From an uncultured Pseudomonadales bacterium (GTDB taxonomy: Bacteria; Patescibacteriota; Microgenomatia; UBA1400; PJMF01), in NCBI GenBank assembly GCA_964637295.1, contig CAZWWE010000002.1, forward strand, positions 43,108 through 107,107: a stretch of DNA of 64,000 bases, given 5' to 3'. The notes below the pieces were generated by a model. It was given only the letters and a program-made list of their open reading frames with translations. It was not told the origin of the DNA and did not search any database. The translations under genes were made by a program, and so were the position numbers. Shown here in pieces: positions 20,821-31,072 of this stretch (its first letter is position 1; each line of letters opens with the position of its first letter).

Positions 20821-21843
20821 TTACCTTTCTTGATATTGCTGAACAAAATAAGACTGGTTTTTTTCCTTAAGTGGTCGCCACCAGGCTTCATTGTCTTTAT
20901 ACCAGTTTATCGTTTTTTGTAAACCTTCTTCTATGCTAACACTGGGTTCCCATCCCAAAGCTTCTTTGCTTTTAGAAAAATCAACACTGTAACGACGATC
21001 ATGACCGAGTCGATCTTTGACATATTCAATATAGCTTTCATCTTTATTCATGATTTTCAAAATCATTTTAATTAGATCCAAATTATTAACCTCTTTATAA
21101 AGTCCTCCAAATAAATAGGTTTTAAAATTTTCACCATTTTGCAGAACTAAATCAATACCTCGACAATGATCCTGAACATATAGCCAATCACGCACATAAA
21201 GGCCATCGCCATAGATCGGAACTTTTTTATCATCAATCAAGTTGGTGATGGCTAAAGGAATAATTTTTTCTGGAAAATGATATTCGCCGTAATTATTGGA
21301 GCAATTGCTTAAAGTAAATGGTAAGCCGTAAGTATCGCCATAAGCCCGCACCAAATGATCAGAGGCAGCTTTAGAAGCGGAATAAGGACTATGAGGATTA
21401 TAAGGACTTTGTTCATCAAATTTTACTGTAGATTCTAGTGCTAAGGCGCCAAAAACCTCATCTGTGGAAATATGATGAAATCTTTTAATCTTATGTCTTA
21501 GAGCTGCGTCTAACAGCACTTGAGTGCCAATGACATTAGTCTCTAAAAAAATTGCTGGATTCATGATGGAGCGATCAACGTGGCTTTCAGCTGCAAAATG
21601 AACCACAGTGTCAACGTCAGTCATGATTTTATCTACGAGATTAACATCTCGAATGTCGCCATGAATAAATTTATAATTGGGATGATTAGCAATATCTTGC
21701 AGTGTGCTTAGATTGCCAGCATAAGTGAGTAAATCTAAGTTGATTAATTTATCTTCTGAATGATTCTTTAAGTAATAATGAATAAAATTGGAGCCAATAA
21801 ATCCAGCTCCACCGGTCACAAGAATAGTTTTTTGATCTGACAT
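20821..21843 (-). CDS. rmlB: dTDP-glucose 4,6-dehydratase
   Basis: MSDQKTILVTGGAGFIGSNF...DLLTYAGN...HFAAESHVDRS...SPYSASKAASDHLVRAY. The start is chosen at the internal ATG (21841-21843), immediately after the upstream small ORF's stop; the track ORF extends to 21885. Confidence 0.85.
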   Translation of the reverse strand: MSDQKTILVTGGAGFIGSNFIHYYLKNHSEDKLINLDLLTYAGNLSTLQDIANHPNYKFIHGDIRDVNLVDKIMTDVDTVVHFAAESHVDRSIMNPAIFLETNVIGTQVLLDAALRHKIKRFHHISTDEVFGALALESTVKFDEQSPYNPHSPYSASKAASDHLVRAYGDTYGLPFTLSNCSNNYGEYHFPEKIIPLAITNLIDDKKVPIYGDGLYVRDWLYVQDHCRGIDLVLQNGENFKTYLFGGLYKEVNNLDLIKMILKIMNKDESYIEYVKDRLGHDRRYSVDFSKSKEALGWEPSVSIEEGLQKTINWYKDNEAWWRPLKEKNQSYFVQQYQER

Positions 21844-21844
21844 A

Positions 21845-22027
21845 TTAAAACTCCATTTCTTCAATTTGTTTTTCCAATTGGGCAACTTTTTTTTCTAAAT
21901 ATTTAGATTTTCTTTGTTCGACCTCCAGCGCAGATTGAAAATAACCGGCGGCAAAAGCCAAAATAATAATTAAGATCCACAGTAAACGAGTTATATTTTT
22001 AGTTGAAAATAGCATAAACACTTTCAA
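21845..22027 (-). CDS. Small membrane-anchored coiled-coil protein (FtsB/DivIC-like)
   Basis: 60 aa: one TM helix (LLWILIIILAFAAGYF) followed by the heptad coiled coil LEVEQRKSKYLEKKVAQLEKQIEE. The stop abuts the rmlB start codon. Confidence 0.35.
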   Translation of the reverse strand: MKVFMLFSTKNITRLLWILIIILAFAAGYFQSALEVEQRKSKYLEKKVAQLEKQIEEMEF

Positions 22028-23114
22028 TAAATTCGTTTTGATCTTTAATTTTATAGACCCACTGTTGTTTGGTCTGCCAGAGTGGAGGATTATAAATTAC
22101 TCCCTCTTTATCTTCTGGATAAATACTGAGCTGATGTTTTTCAAATTCGATTTTTGCTCCTTCTTTGCTCATATAATCAATAAAAACTGTGCCCATTTGA
22201 ATAATTTTTTCTAAAGAAACACTCGAAGAGAAATAATCTAAATAAAAACGATAAAGTTGGCCTAATTTTTGAGGATCTCTAATATTTAAAATTTGTTTGG
22301 ATAAAGCTTCTAAAACTAATTGTTGTCGATAAGCTCTAGCTTCGTCAGTTCCTTCGTTGCCTTCGCTATAGCGACTTCTCATGTATTTAAGAGCAGTAGA
22401 GCTATCCATTTTTTGCAAACCCTTAGTAAAACTAATTTTTTCATAAAGTATTTTGGGATCAGTCACTTTGCTCACGTCAATTCCAGGTACAGGAAAAGTG
22501 GGATCGGTAAAAGAAGTTGGCACATCAATTTCTATTTCTCCAACTATAGCGATGAGTTTTTCTAGATCTTCGATGCCTAGTACGATGACGTGATCAATTT
22601 TTTGACCACTTAGCTGCTCAATAATTTCTTTGGGAAATTGCTCTGGATTATCAGGGTATTTATCTCGACCATAAAAATAAAGCGCATTGATTTTAGTTTG
22701 ATAATCTTCTAGATACAAATCTCTGGGAAAACTAAGAGTTTTAATTTTACCTTTTTCAAAATTGACTTGCAAAAATAGTATTGTGTCGGTTAATTCAGGG
22801 TCGCCATCTCGGCCACTTAATTTATCAGTCCCTAGAATTAAAAAATTATGTTTTTTAGGTAATTGTTCAATATTTTGATAGCCGGTTTGGAATTGATTGA
22901 TCGAAGCAGAAGCGGTGTTAAGAACTTCTTCTTTGCTTATATTGGCGGCTTGTGCGAACTCTTTAATAAAACGATTGGTCTTGATAGTTAGAAAAGTAAA
23001 AGCAACTATAACACCGAGTACTAGAGCCAATATGAATAAAAGAAAAATTTTTAAGATTAGTTTTGGCTTTTTATACTCGAGGGCAAGTACTAAATCAGTT
23101 TTCATTGGCTCCAA
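21999..23114 (-). CDS. LytR-CpsA-Psr (LCP) family cell-wall glycopolymer phosphotransferase
   Basis: N-terminal TM anchor, then NFLILGTDKLSGRDGDPELTDTILFLQVN...LSFPRDL, the LCP-domain signature. Confidence 0.8.
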   Translation of the reverse strand: MEPMKTDLVLALEYKKPKLILKIFLLFILALVLGVIVAFTFLTIKTNRFIKEFAQAANISKEEVLNTASASINQFQTGYQNIEQLPKKHNFLILGTDKLSGRDGDPELTDTILFLQVNFEKGKIKTLSFPRDLYLEDYQTKINALYFYGRDKYPDNPEQFPKEIIEQLSGQKIDHVIVLGIEDLEKLIAIVGEIEIDVPTSFTDPTFPVPGIDVSKVTDPKILYEKISFTKGLQKMDSSTALKYMRSRYSEGNEGTDEARAYRQQLVLEALSKQILNIRDPQKLGQLYRFYLDYFSSSVSLEKIIQMGTVFIDYMSKEGAKIEFEKHQLSIYPEDKEGVIYNPPLWQTKQQWVYKIKDQNEFIESVYAIFN

Positions 23115-23173
23115 GTATATTGGAAAAGCCGCTTATTTTCAAAGAGAAAAAAGTCGACTAGAATGAATTCGGT

Positions 23174-24667
23174 ATGGATGATCATAATATTTTACCTAAT
23201 AATGAGCTAGACGAAGAGCTTAGCCCAGAAGAAATTAAGCAAATTAAAAAGAAATCTATTAAGGGAGTTTTTTCTTTTTTTCTACGTACTCTAATTTTGC
23301 AAGGTATCGGCTTAGTCTCTGCCTTTGTTTTAAGCGCCTTTCTTTCACCAGAGGACTTTGGTGTTTTTGGGATTGTCACACAGATTATTGCTTTGTTAGT
23401 TTTCTTCTCAGACATCGGTTTAGCGGCTTCTTTAATTCAAAAGAAAAATGAACCAACAGAAGATGATTATAAAACTGCTTTTACGGTGCAAATGCTTTTA
23501 GCTTGGGCAATTTTTTTCATAGTTTTAATTATTATTAAACTGGGTTTTTTGAATGTGAAAATTGGTAACGAAGGTATTTTGGTCCTTTTTGCTCTAGCAA
23601 TTTCTTTTCCTTTGGCGACCTTTAAGACAATTCCTTCAATTATTTTGGAAAGAAAACTGGATTTTAATAAACTAGTTTTGCCACAAATTTTTGAACAATT
23701 GGTTTTTCATTCAATTTTAATTGTCATGGCCTGGAAAGGTTATGGAGTGGCTTCATATTTTTACGCCATTATTTGTCGTAGTTTAATAGGTTTAATCGTT
23801 ATACAAATTTTGCAACCTTGGAAACCAAAATTAAAAATCAATAAAGAGTCACTCAAGGGTTTGCTTAATTTTGGATTTAAATTTCAATTAAATGATTTTC
23901 TAGCTCGTATTAAAGATCAACTTTATTTTTTAGTTTTGGGAGCCTTTTTGCCATTGAAAGATTTTGGTTATTTGCAGTGGTCAAAAAATTGGTCGATGTA
24001 TCCATATAACTTAACTGTACAAAACGTGATGTCAATTACTTTTCCGACTTTTTCTAGACTGCAAAATCATCAAGATCTGCTCAAAAAAGCTATTGAAAAA
24101 TCCATTTATTTTATTGCTCTTTTTATTTTTCCAATTTTAATCGGTATGTCGATATTTATTTATCCTTTGACCGAATTAGTTGATAAATATACTAAATGGC
24201 AGCCAGCAATTTTGAGTTTTGTCTTGTTTTCTCTCAGTGTAGCTTGGTCAGCAATTTCCACTCCTCTTGTCAATAGCTTAAACGCCATTGGTAAAATTAA
24301 TCAAACTCTTAAATTAATGGTGATGTGGACAGTTTTGACTTGGGTTTTAACACCAATTTTAGTTTGGAAATTTGCTTTTAACGGTGTAGCAATCGCGGCC
24401 TTCCTGATTTCTTTTACTTCAGTTTTTTCAGTTTTTATGACTAAAAAATATATTGCTATAGAAATTATGAAAAATATTAAACCGCAATTAATTGCCAGTT
24501 TTTGCATGGCGATTTTTGGCTTTTTAGGCATAGAGTGGTGGGGACGAAGTTATGCGAATTTTTTCTTAGGTGGCTTTAGTTCTTTTTTGCTTTACGCAGC
24601 GGTTTTTTTATTAATTTCTAGCAAGAGATTTTTTAGAGAAATCGCTAGCCTCAAGAAAAATCTATGA
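23174..24667 (+). CDS. wzx: Polysaccharide/O-antigen flippase (MOP superfamily, Wzx-like)
   Basis: 497 aa, ~14 TM helices. N-terminal region ...SIKGVFSFFLRTLILQGIGLVSAFVLSAFLSPEDFGVFGIV... is typical of the Polysacc_synt/Wzx family. Confidence 0.7.
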   Translation: MDDHNILPNNELDEELSPEEIKQIKKKSIKGVFSFFLRTLILQGIGLVSAFVLSAFLSPEDFGVFGIVTQIIALLVFFSDIGLAASLIQKKNEPTEDDYKTAFTVQMLLAWAIFFIVLIIIKLGFLNVKIGNEGILVLFALAISFPLATFKTIPSIILERKLDFNKLVLPQIFEQLVFHSILIVMAWKGYGVASYFYAIICRSLIGLIVIQILQPWKPKLKINKESLKGLLNFGFKFQLNDFLARIKDQLYFLVLGAFLPLKDFGYLQWSKNWSMYPYNLTVQNVMSITFPTFSRLQNHQDLLKKAIEKSIYFIALFIFPILIGMSIFIYPLTELVDKYTKWQPAILSFVLFSLSVAWSAISTPLVNSLNAIGKINQTLKLMVMWTVLTWVLTPILVWKFAFNGVAIAAFLISFTSVFSVFMTKKYIAIEIMKNIKPQLIASFCMAIFGFLGIEWWGRSYANFFLGGFSSFLLYAAVFLLISSKRFFREIASLKKNL

Positions 24668-26313
24668 AAAAAATCGTTTTAGCAATCTTGTTTTTAATTA
24701 TTTTTTCCAGATTTTTTGCTTTTAATCTTTCTCCCAGCAGTCCATATTGGGAAGAAGTGGCTTTGGGATATGATGCTTATAGCATTGCGGAAACAGCTAG
24801 AGATCATCATGGAAATTTTTTACCAATTACAGCCTTTGAATCTTTTGGTGACTACAAACCCAGTCTTTATTTTTATACAGCAGTGCCTTTTGTTAAAATT
24901 TTTGGTTTAAATACTTTTGCTGTCAGATTACCCACGGTTTTGGCCTCCATCGCTATTATTTTTGGCACAGCACTTTTAGCTAAAAATTTATTTGTTAAAT
25001 TTTATGTTAAAAATGATCAGCAAAATGCTAGTGTTATTTATTATTTAACTTTGTTTTTAACCAGCATTTCTCCGTGGTTGATGATGTTTTCTCGCTCAGC
25101 ATGGGAAAGTACTTTGGCAACCGCCTTAATTATTTGGGGAATTAATTTCTATTTATTTTTTATTTTTTCCAATAAAAGTAAATGGATTGTTTCGGCCAGC
25201 ATTACTCTTGTTTTATCGACCTACGCTTATCATTCGGCCAGGGTAACGGCGCCTTTGCTTGGTTTATTTTTAACTATTTTTTATTTGATTTCACGATTAC
25301 TTAAAAAAGAAAAATTAAATTGGCGAGCTTTATTGATGGCTTTGTTAATCGCCTTGTTTCTTTTTGCGCCGATTGGAAAATCTTTATTTCTTAAAACTGG
25401 TCAGCAACGGATTGCAGAAACCAGTATTTTTAATGATATTTCCATTATTGAACAAAGCAATGAAGCAATTAAAAATCATGGTAGAAATAAATTAAATAAA
25501 ATTATTTATCATCGCTATCTTTTTTTTGCTAAAGAAGTGGGTTTAAATTTTTTAGATCATTTTAATTTTAAATATTTATTTGTTAGTGGTGATAACAATC
25601 CTAGACACAGCTTACAAAATTTTGGTGAATTCTATTACCTTGATTTATTATTTTTTGTTTTTGCTATATTTTTTCTTCTTAAAAAGAGAAGTATGGCGAC
25701 TGCAATTTTAGGTTTTATTCTTTTTGTTGCTATTTTGCCAGCTGCTTTTACCAAAGCTACTCCTCACGCCTTAAGAACCTTAACGGCCCTGCCTGTTTTA
25801 ATGATTTTTTTAAGTTTTGGTATTTGGCAATTTTTGCGATTATTTAAAAATAATCAAAACAAAAAATTTATTACAAAAATTATCATTTTAATTTATCTAG
25901 TCTTTTTTGCTTTGTTCTTTTATCAACTAATTTATATTTATCCAAAGAAATATAAAGCAGAATGGCAATTTGGTTATCAGGAAATGATTGGCAAGTTAAA
26001 TAAAATAGAAAATAATTATGAAACAATTTATGTTACCAGAGAGCAGGGTAGGCCAGCCATGTATTATTTCTTCTATACTAAAGTTAATCCCTTATTAGTG
26101 CAAAATGCTAATCAATTAGCGAAAAAAGATCAGGGTGAATTTTTAGAATTTCAAAAAATTAAATTTATTGATAAGCCAGAACAAATTGATTTTAGTAAAA
26201 AAGCATTAGTGATTAGTTCTCTAAATTTTTACCAAAATTCTTTTTCTAAAAATAATGTGCCTTTAATCGATAAAACTGATGAAGAAACTTGGGTATTTTA
26301 TGAAATCAACTAA
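24664..26313 (+). CDS. GT-C glycosyltransferase, ArnT/PMT_2-like (first of three tandem paralogs)
   Basis: First loop SPYWEEVALGYDAYSIAETARDHHGNFLP...FGDYKPSLYFY...RLPTVLASI is the (W)DE..y.Y.....G...R motif set of the ArnT/PMT family. Confidence 0.7.
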   Translation: MKKIVLAILFLIIFSRFFAFNLSPSSPYWEEVALGYDAYSIAETARDHHGNFLPITAFESFGDYKPSLYFYTAVPFVKIFGLNTFAVRLPTVLASIAIIFGTALLAKNLFVKFYVKNDQQNASVIYYLTLFLTSISPWLMMFSRSAWESTLATALIIWGINFYLFFIFSNKSKWIVSASITLVLSTYAYHSARVTAPLLGLFLTIFYLISRLLKKEKLNWRALLMALLIALFLFAPIGKSLFLKTGQQRIAETSIFNDISIIEQSNEAIKNHGRNKLNKIIYHRYLFFAKEVGLNFLDHFNFKYLFVSGDNNPRHSLQNFGEFYYLDLLFFVFAIFFLLKKRSMATAILGFILFVAILPAAFTKATPHALRTLTALPVLMIFLSFGIWQFLRLFKNNQNKKFITKIIILIYLVFFALFFYQLIYIYPKKYKAEWQFGYQEMIGKLNKIENNYETIYVTREQGRPAMYYFFYTKVNPLLVQNANQLAKKDQGEFLEFQKIKFIDKPEQIDFSKKALVISSLNFYQNSFSKNNVPLIDKTDEETWVFYEIN

Positions 26314-27838
26314 AATCTTATTATTGGCGATCTTTTTTTTAGGACTGGGCTTGCGTTTATTTAATGTAGCTAAATTGCCAAGTATTTTAAATAGAGATGA
26401 AGCAGCTTTGGCTTATAATGCTTTTTTAATTAAAGAAACTGCTAGCGATGAATGGCAAACTAAGTGGCCACTAACTTTTAAATCTTTTGGTGATTATAAG
26501 TTACCAGGTTATCCTTATTTGTTAGCCGGTTTATTTACTATTTTGCCAATTAATGATTTCTCTACTCGTTTACCTTCAGTTTTGGCAGGGAGCTTTTTAA
26601 TTTTATTAGCTTTTTTCTTTGCCAAAGATATCTTACAAGTTAAAAAATCATCTGCTTTATTAATGTCGCTATTAATTGCGATTAGTCCAGTGTTTTTCTT
26701 TTATTCAAGAATTGCCTTTGAAGCCAATTTGGCCCTATTTTTATTTGTGAGCGGTTTATATTTTTTACTTAAAGATCAAGAGAATTTCTTACTTGCTGCT
26801 TTTTTTATATTTTTAGCAGTTTTAACTTATAACACTCCATTTTTATTGTTACCTTTTTTAATTCCACTTTTAATTTATAAAATTGGTTGGCAAAATAAAA
26901 AGAAATGGCTTAAGCCTATTGTTTTATTGGCATTGATTTTAGTATGGGGAATTTTAAATTTTTACGCTTTGTCTTCACAAAAAAGTGGGATTACTATTTT
27001 TAATGATCAAACTACATGGGAAAACTTTGCTAGTTACAGATCTAATTTCAATGGTGTTTGGCAAACTATTTTAGGCAATAAATATGTTTTTTATGGCCAA
27101 TTAATTTGGCAAAACTTATTGGAAAGTTTTTCACTTAACTTTTTAGTAAAAAATGGCGGGAGTCATCCCTGGCACGCTTTACCTGGATTTGGACATCTTT
27201 TTTATTTAAGTTATTTTCTAGCTATTTTTATGGTCATTGATATTTTGGGAGAAATTGTGATTGCTTTATTTGACAAATCATTTAAAAAGAAACATTTAAT
27301 TTTGTTTTATTTATTGATTGTCGCTTTAGCTCCATCAGTGGTCACGGTTGATAGTCCTCATGCCACTCGTAGTTTATTTTTCTTTTTTATTTTTACAGCC
27401 TTAGCGGTTTTATTTGTTGATAAGCTTATTAAAATTTTTGCTAGGCAAAGTAAATTGATTTTTATAGCCATCATTTGTCTTTTGTCTGTAGAAAGTTTTT
27501 TTTATTATCGACAATATTTTTTAAACTATCCTAGTCAAAGCGAAAAAATTCTTTACGGTCAATTTAAAGATTTAATTATTGAATCTTTAAAAAAATATCC
27601 TGAAGAATCAATTGCTATTATAGATGACGGAGGCTATCAATATATTTTGACAGCCTGGTATTTAAAAGTACCTAGCGATAAATTTTTCGCTACAATGCAT
27701 TATCAACAAGCCGATCAGATTAATTTTTATTACGGAGAAAAATTACTCAATTATCATTTCATTAAAAATTTAGAAGATAGAAAAGTAACAGAAAAAGTAG
27801 TTTTAGCAAAAAATTTGGGTTTAATTAAATATGACTAA
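26279..27838 (+). CDS. GT-C glycosyltransferase, ArnT/PMT_2-like (second of three tandem paralogs)
   Basis: LNRDEAALAYNAFLIKETASDEW...FGDYKLPGYPY...RLPSVLAGS. The likely true start is the ATG at 26300. Confidence 0.7.
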   Translation: MKKLGYFMKSTKILLLAIFFLGLGLRLFNVAKLPSILNRDEAALAYNAFLIKETASDEWQTKWPLTFKSFGDYKLPGYPYLLAGLFTILPINDFSTRLPSVLAGSFLILLAFFFAKDILQVKKSSALLMSLLIAISPVFFFYSRIAFEANLALFLFVSGLYFLLKDQENFLLAAFFIFLAVLTYNTPFLLLPFLIPLLIYKIGWQNKKKWLKPIVLLALILVWGILNFYALSSQKSGITIFNDQTTWENFASYRSNFNGVWQTILGNKYVFYGQLIWQNLLESFSLNFLVKNGGSHPWHALPGFGHLFYLSYFLAIFMVIDILGEIVIALFDKSFKKKHLILFYLLIVALAPSVVTVDSPHATRSLFFFFIFTALAVLFVDKLIKIFARQSKLIFIAIICLLSVESFFYYRQYFLNYPSQSEKILYGQFKDLIIESLKKYPEESIAIIDDGGYQYILTAWYLKVPSDKFFATMHYQQADQINFYYGEKLLNYHFIKNLEDRKVTEKVVLAKNLGLIKYD

Positions 27839-29441
27839 AAAACAAGAATTTTTAATTTTAGCCATTATTATTTTACTGGGAGTCTTTTTGCGTTTTTACC
27901 AATTTGGGACAAATCCTGCCAGTTTATATTGGGACGAAGCAGCCATAGCTTTGGATGCTTATAGTATTAGTGAAACTGGCAAAGATATTCACGGCATGAA
28001 TTGGTTACAAGCAATCTTAGCTTCTTATGGTGATTTCAAAGCTCCAATTTTAATTTGGTTGGTCAGTTTGTCAGTTAAAATTTTTGGCATGAGTGTTTTG
28101 GCAATTCGTTTGCCAGTAACTTTGTTTTCTGTGTTGAGTATTTATTTAATTTATTTATTAGTCAAAGAATTGCTGAGCTTCAATGGTACTTTGGCTAAAA
28201 GATATAAATTAATGCCGATTTTGACGGCTTTGGTGGTGGCGATTTCTCCCTGGTCAGTACATTTTGGACGAATTGCTTTCGAATCCAGTCTTTCGGTAGT
28301 CTTTTTCTTAATAGCTTTAGTATTTTTTGTGAAAGCGATTAAAACTAAAGGATTTTATTTTCTATTAAGTACAATTTTTGCCGTTTTAGCAACTTATACA
28401 TATTATTCGTTGAGAGCAATTATTCCTTTGTTTTGTTTAGCTTTGATTGCAATTTTTTTTAAAGAAATTAAAAGCAAAAAACTTTGGCTAATTACTTCGA
28501 TGTTATTTTTTGTTTTAGCGATGCTACCAATTCTGCAATCTCCCTATTATGAAGCCAGTCAAAATTATCGTTTGAATAACAACAACTTAGTGCATGCTAC
28601 ACAAGCCATTGCAGAATCGAGTCAATATTTAGAAAAATATAATTCCAATCTATTAGCGAGATTGTTTTATCATCGTTATATATTTATGGCTCGTGATTTT
28701 GTGATTAATATGAGCACGCATTTTAGTCCAAACTTTTTATTTTTTAAGGGAGACAGCAATTTGCGACAACACTCTGGTTATTTCGGTGAGTTTTTGATGG
28801 TGAGTTTGCCTTTTTATTTTTTAGGAATTTTCTTGTTATTCAAAAATTTAAAAAGTAAATTAACTTTGTTTTTATTATTTTTAATGTTTTTAACTCCAAT
28901 CCCAGCCTCACTAGTTTATGAAGTGCCACATGCTTCGAGAGCTATTTATCTATTTATTCCTTTTGCGATTCTTATTGCGTGGGGTATGAATGAAATTTTT
29001 TTATTAAAAAATAAAATTTTTGCTTCACTTTTAATAATTTTATTTTTAGTCAATGCGGTTTTTTATTACCACGATTATTTTAATCATTATCCTAAAAGAT
29101 CTAGTGAAGCCTGGCTTTATAGTTATAATCAGGTAGCTCTTTATCTCAAGGATCACTATCAAGAATTTTCGAGTGTAGAAATCAGCGAACACTATTGGTT
29201 TCCCAATATTTTTATTTATTATCAATTTCCAGAATTATTAAATAAAAGAGCTAAGACACAAGAGTTGGCCTTGGAAAATCCTTTTAATCTTTTACTTGAT
29301 CAAAAGGATGCAAATAAAAAGCAAGCTAAATTTATTTATTATCAAGATGAAATTCCAGACGGATTTGCTGTTGTTAAAAATTTTGATTTTTTAAATGGAG
29401 AGCCTAGTCTAATTTTAGTGACCAAAGAAAATGAATTATGA
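27831..29441 (+). CDS. GT-C glycosyltransferase, ArnT/PMT_2-like (third of three tandem paralogs)
   Basis: LYWDEAAIALDAYSISETGKDIHG...YGDFKAPILIW...RLPVTLFSV. Stop and next start overlap as ATGA. Confidence 0.7.
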   Translation: MTKKQEFLILAIIILLGVFLRFYQFGTNPASLYWDEAAIALDAYSISETGKDIHGMNWLQAILASYGDFKAPILIWLVSLSVKIFGMSVLAIRLPVTLFSVLSIYLIYLLVKELLSFNGTLAKRYKLMPILTALVVAISPWSVHFGRIAFESSLSVVFFLIALVFFVKAIKTKGFYFLLSTIFAVLATYTYYSLRAIIPLFCLALIAIFFKEIKSKKLWLITSMLFFVLAMLPILQSPYYEASQNYRLNNNNLVHATQAIAESSQYLEKYNSNLLARLFYHRYIFMARDFVINMSTHFSPNFLFFKGDSNLRQHSGYFGEFLMVSLPFYFLGIFLLFKNLKSKLTLFLLFLMFLTPIPASLVYEVPHASRAIYLFIPFAILIAWGMNEIFLLKNKIFASLLIILFLVNAVFYYHDYFNHYPKRSSEAWLYSYNQVALYLKDHYQEFSSVEISEHYWFPNIFIYYQFPELLNKRAKTQELALENPFNLLLDQKDANKKQAKFIYYQDEIPDGFAVVKNFDFLNGEPSLILVTKENEL

Positions 29442-31072
29442 AAAATTTTTTGAAAGTTCTTTTTTTTACTCTATTAACTCTAATTAGCTGTCGTTATTTT
29501 TTTCATCTGGGAGTGCCGGTGACCCATGATGGCAATAATCACTTAGTGCGTTTTGCCAACTATAAAATAGCAGTTAGAGAGTTGCAAATTCCACCACGCA
29601 TTGCTCCAAATTTAGTCAATGGTTACGGCTATCCTGTTTTTAATTATAATTATCCTTTAGCTAATATTTTATCTTTGCCTTTTTCGATTTTAAATATTCA
29701 CTATGAAATTGCTTATAAAATAATCATTACCTTTTTTGTTTTTATGGCTTTGTTTGGAGCTAATTTATTTTTAAAAAGTAAAAATTTTGCTAAAAGTGCA
29801 CGGTTTTTTGCCCTAACAGTTTTTGCTCTCAATCCTTATATTTTGACAAGCATTATTTTTAGAGGCAATATTGGTGAAGTGATGGCTTGGGGAATTTTAC
29901 CTTGGGTTTTTTATTTTTTAGAAGACCTAAAGAATGAAAAAACATTTTTTAGTAAAAGTTTATTTCTATTAATTATTTATTTGTCAGCTTTATTTTTAGC
30001 TCACAACATCGTTGCTTTTTTTGCCAGCATTTTAATTATTTTTTATTTAATTTTTGCTTATGGAAATGATTGGCAAGCTTGGAAGAGATTTATTTTGAGC
30101 TTCATTTGGTCTTTTACGATTGGTTTGTGGTTTTGGCTGCCGGCTATTATGGAAAAAAATTTGGTTAATTTAGATGCAGTAGACTTGACGCTTAATTATT
30201 ACAAACATTTTCCGAGTTTGGCTCAATTGCTTCGTTTGCCAATCCAATTTGGCTATTCATATTGGGGTCAAATTGACTCGATGTCTTTTGGACTTGGAGC
30301 AGGGCAATTATTAATAACTTTTTTGGCTGGAATTTATTTATTTAAAAATAAAGCAAAAAAGAATTTAGTTTTTTTTATTGCTTTATTTGTTTTAGTAATT
30401 GGGCAACTCAAAATAGCGGAGCCACTTTACGAAATCATTCCTTTTGCCAATTTTATCCAATTCCCTTGGCGTTTAGCGCTTTTGTTTTCTATTGTTCTCT
30501 TGCCAATTTCCGCTTTAATCTTCAGTAAAGCTAAAAAATCTATAAAGCTAATTCTAATTTTTATAGTTTTTTTACAATTAATACAATTTTTACAAGTTAA
30601 GCCAATTGATTATCGTCATAAAAACCAAATTGACTATGACGCCGATGCTGATACAACTTCTGTAAACAGAGAAAACATGCCCAAAACTTTTACTTTTGAA
30701 TATTTCGGAGAAAAAAAAGAGCCAATTTTAATCCTAAACGGACAAGGAACAATCGATCTTAAAAAATTCAATGGTTCTACTCATCATTATTTTCTAGAAT
30801 TAGCAGAAAAATCGATAATTGTTGAATCTACCGCGTATTTTCCAGGTTGGGAAACAATGGTTAATAATGAAAAAATAGAATATTTAGACAATGAAATGAT
30901 TAGAGGTCGCATTGCTTATGAATTAAGTCCTGGTAAATATGAAATCAAAACTCGTTTTACTCAAAAAACTTGGCCCAGATTATTAGGCAATAGCCTTAGT
31001 GCTTTTGGATTAATTACTTTTTTGTCTTTGGGACTCTATCTTTGGCAAAAGGATAAAAGAAATAACAACTGA
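29438..31072 (+). CDS. YfhO-like GT-C membrane glycosyltransferase
   Basis: N-terminal HDGNNHLVRFANY...PRIAPNLVNGYGYPVFNYNYPL. C-terminal extracytoplasmic AYFPGWETMVNNEKIEYL...RGRIAYELSPGKYEIKTRF matches the YfhO C-terminal y.pGW.a.vdG..........G.h.i.f.y signature. Confidence 0.55.
   Translation: MKNFLKVLFFTLLTLISCRYFFHLGVPVTHDGNNHLVRFANYKIAVRELQIPPRIAPNLVNGYGYPVFNYNYPLANILSLPFSILNIHYEIAYKIIITFFVFMALFGANLFLKSKNFAKSARFFALTVFALNPYILTSIIFRGNIGEVMAWGILPWVFYFLEDLKNEKTFFSKSLFLLIIYLSALFLAHNIVAFFASILIIFYLIFAYGNDWQAWKRFILSFIWSFTIGLWFWLPAIMEKNLVNLDAVDLTLNYYKHFPSLAQLLRLPIQFGYSYWGQIDSMSFGLGAGQLLITFLAGIYLFKNKAKKNLVFFIALFVLVIGQLKIAEPLYEIIPFANFIQFPWRLALLFSIVLLPISALIFSKAKKSIKLILIFIVFLQLIQFLQVKPIDYRHKNQIDYDADADTTSVNRENMPKTFTFEYFGEKKEPILILNGQGTIDLKKFNGSTHHYFLELAEKSIIVESTAYFPGWETMVNNEKIEYLDNEMIRGRIAYELSPGKYEIKTRFTQKTWPRLLGNSLSAFGLITFLSLGLYLWQKDKRNNN

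Noticed and set aside
31014-31072. 59-nt convergent overlap as an ORF-calling artefact
   Set aside because: Both overlapping C-termini carry the family-typical YfhO-like C-terminal motif right up to their stops, so neither end looks over-extended. A sequencing error cannot be excluded without reads.
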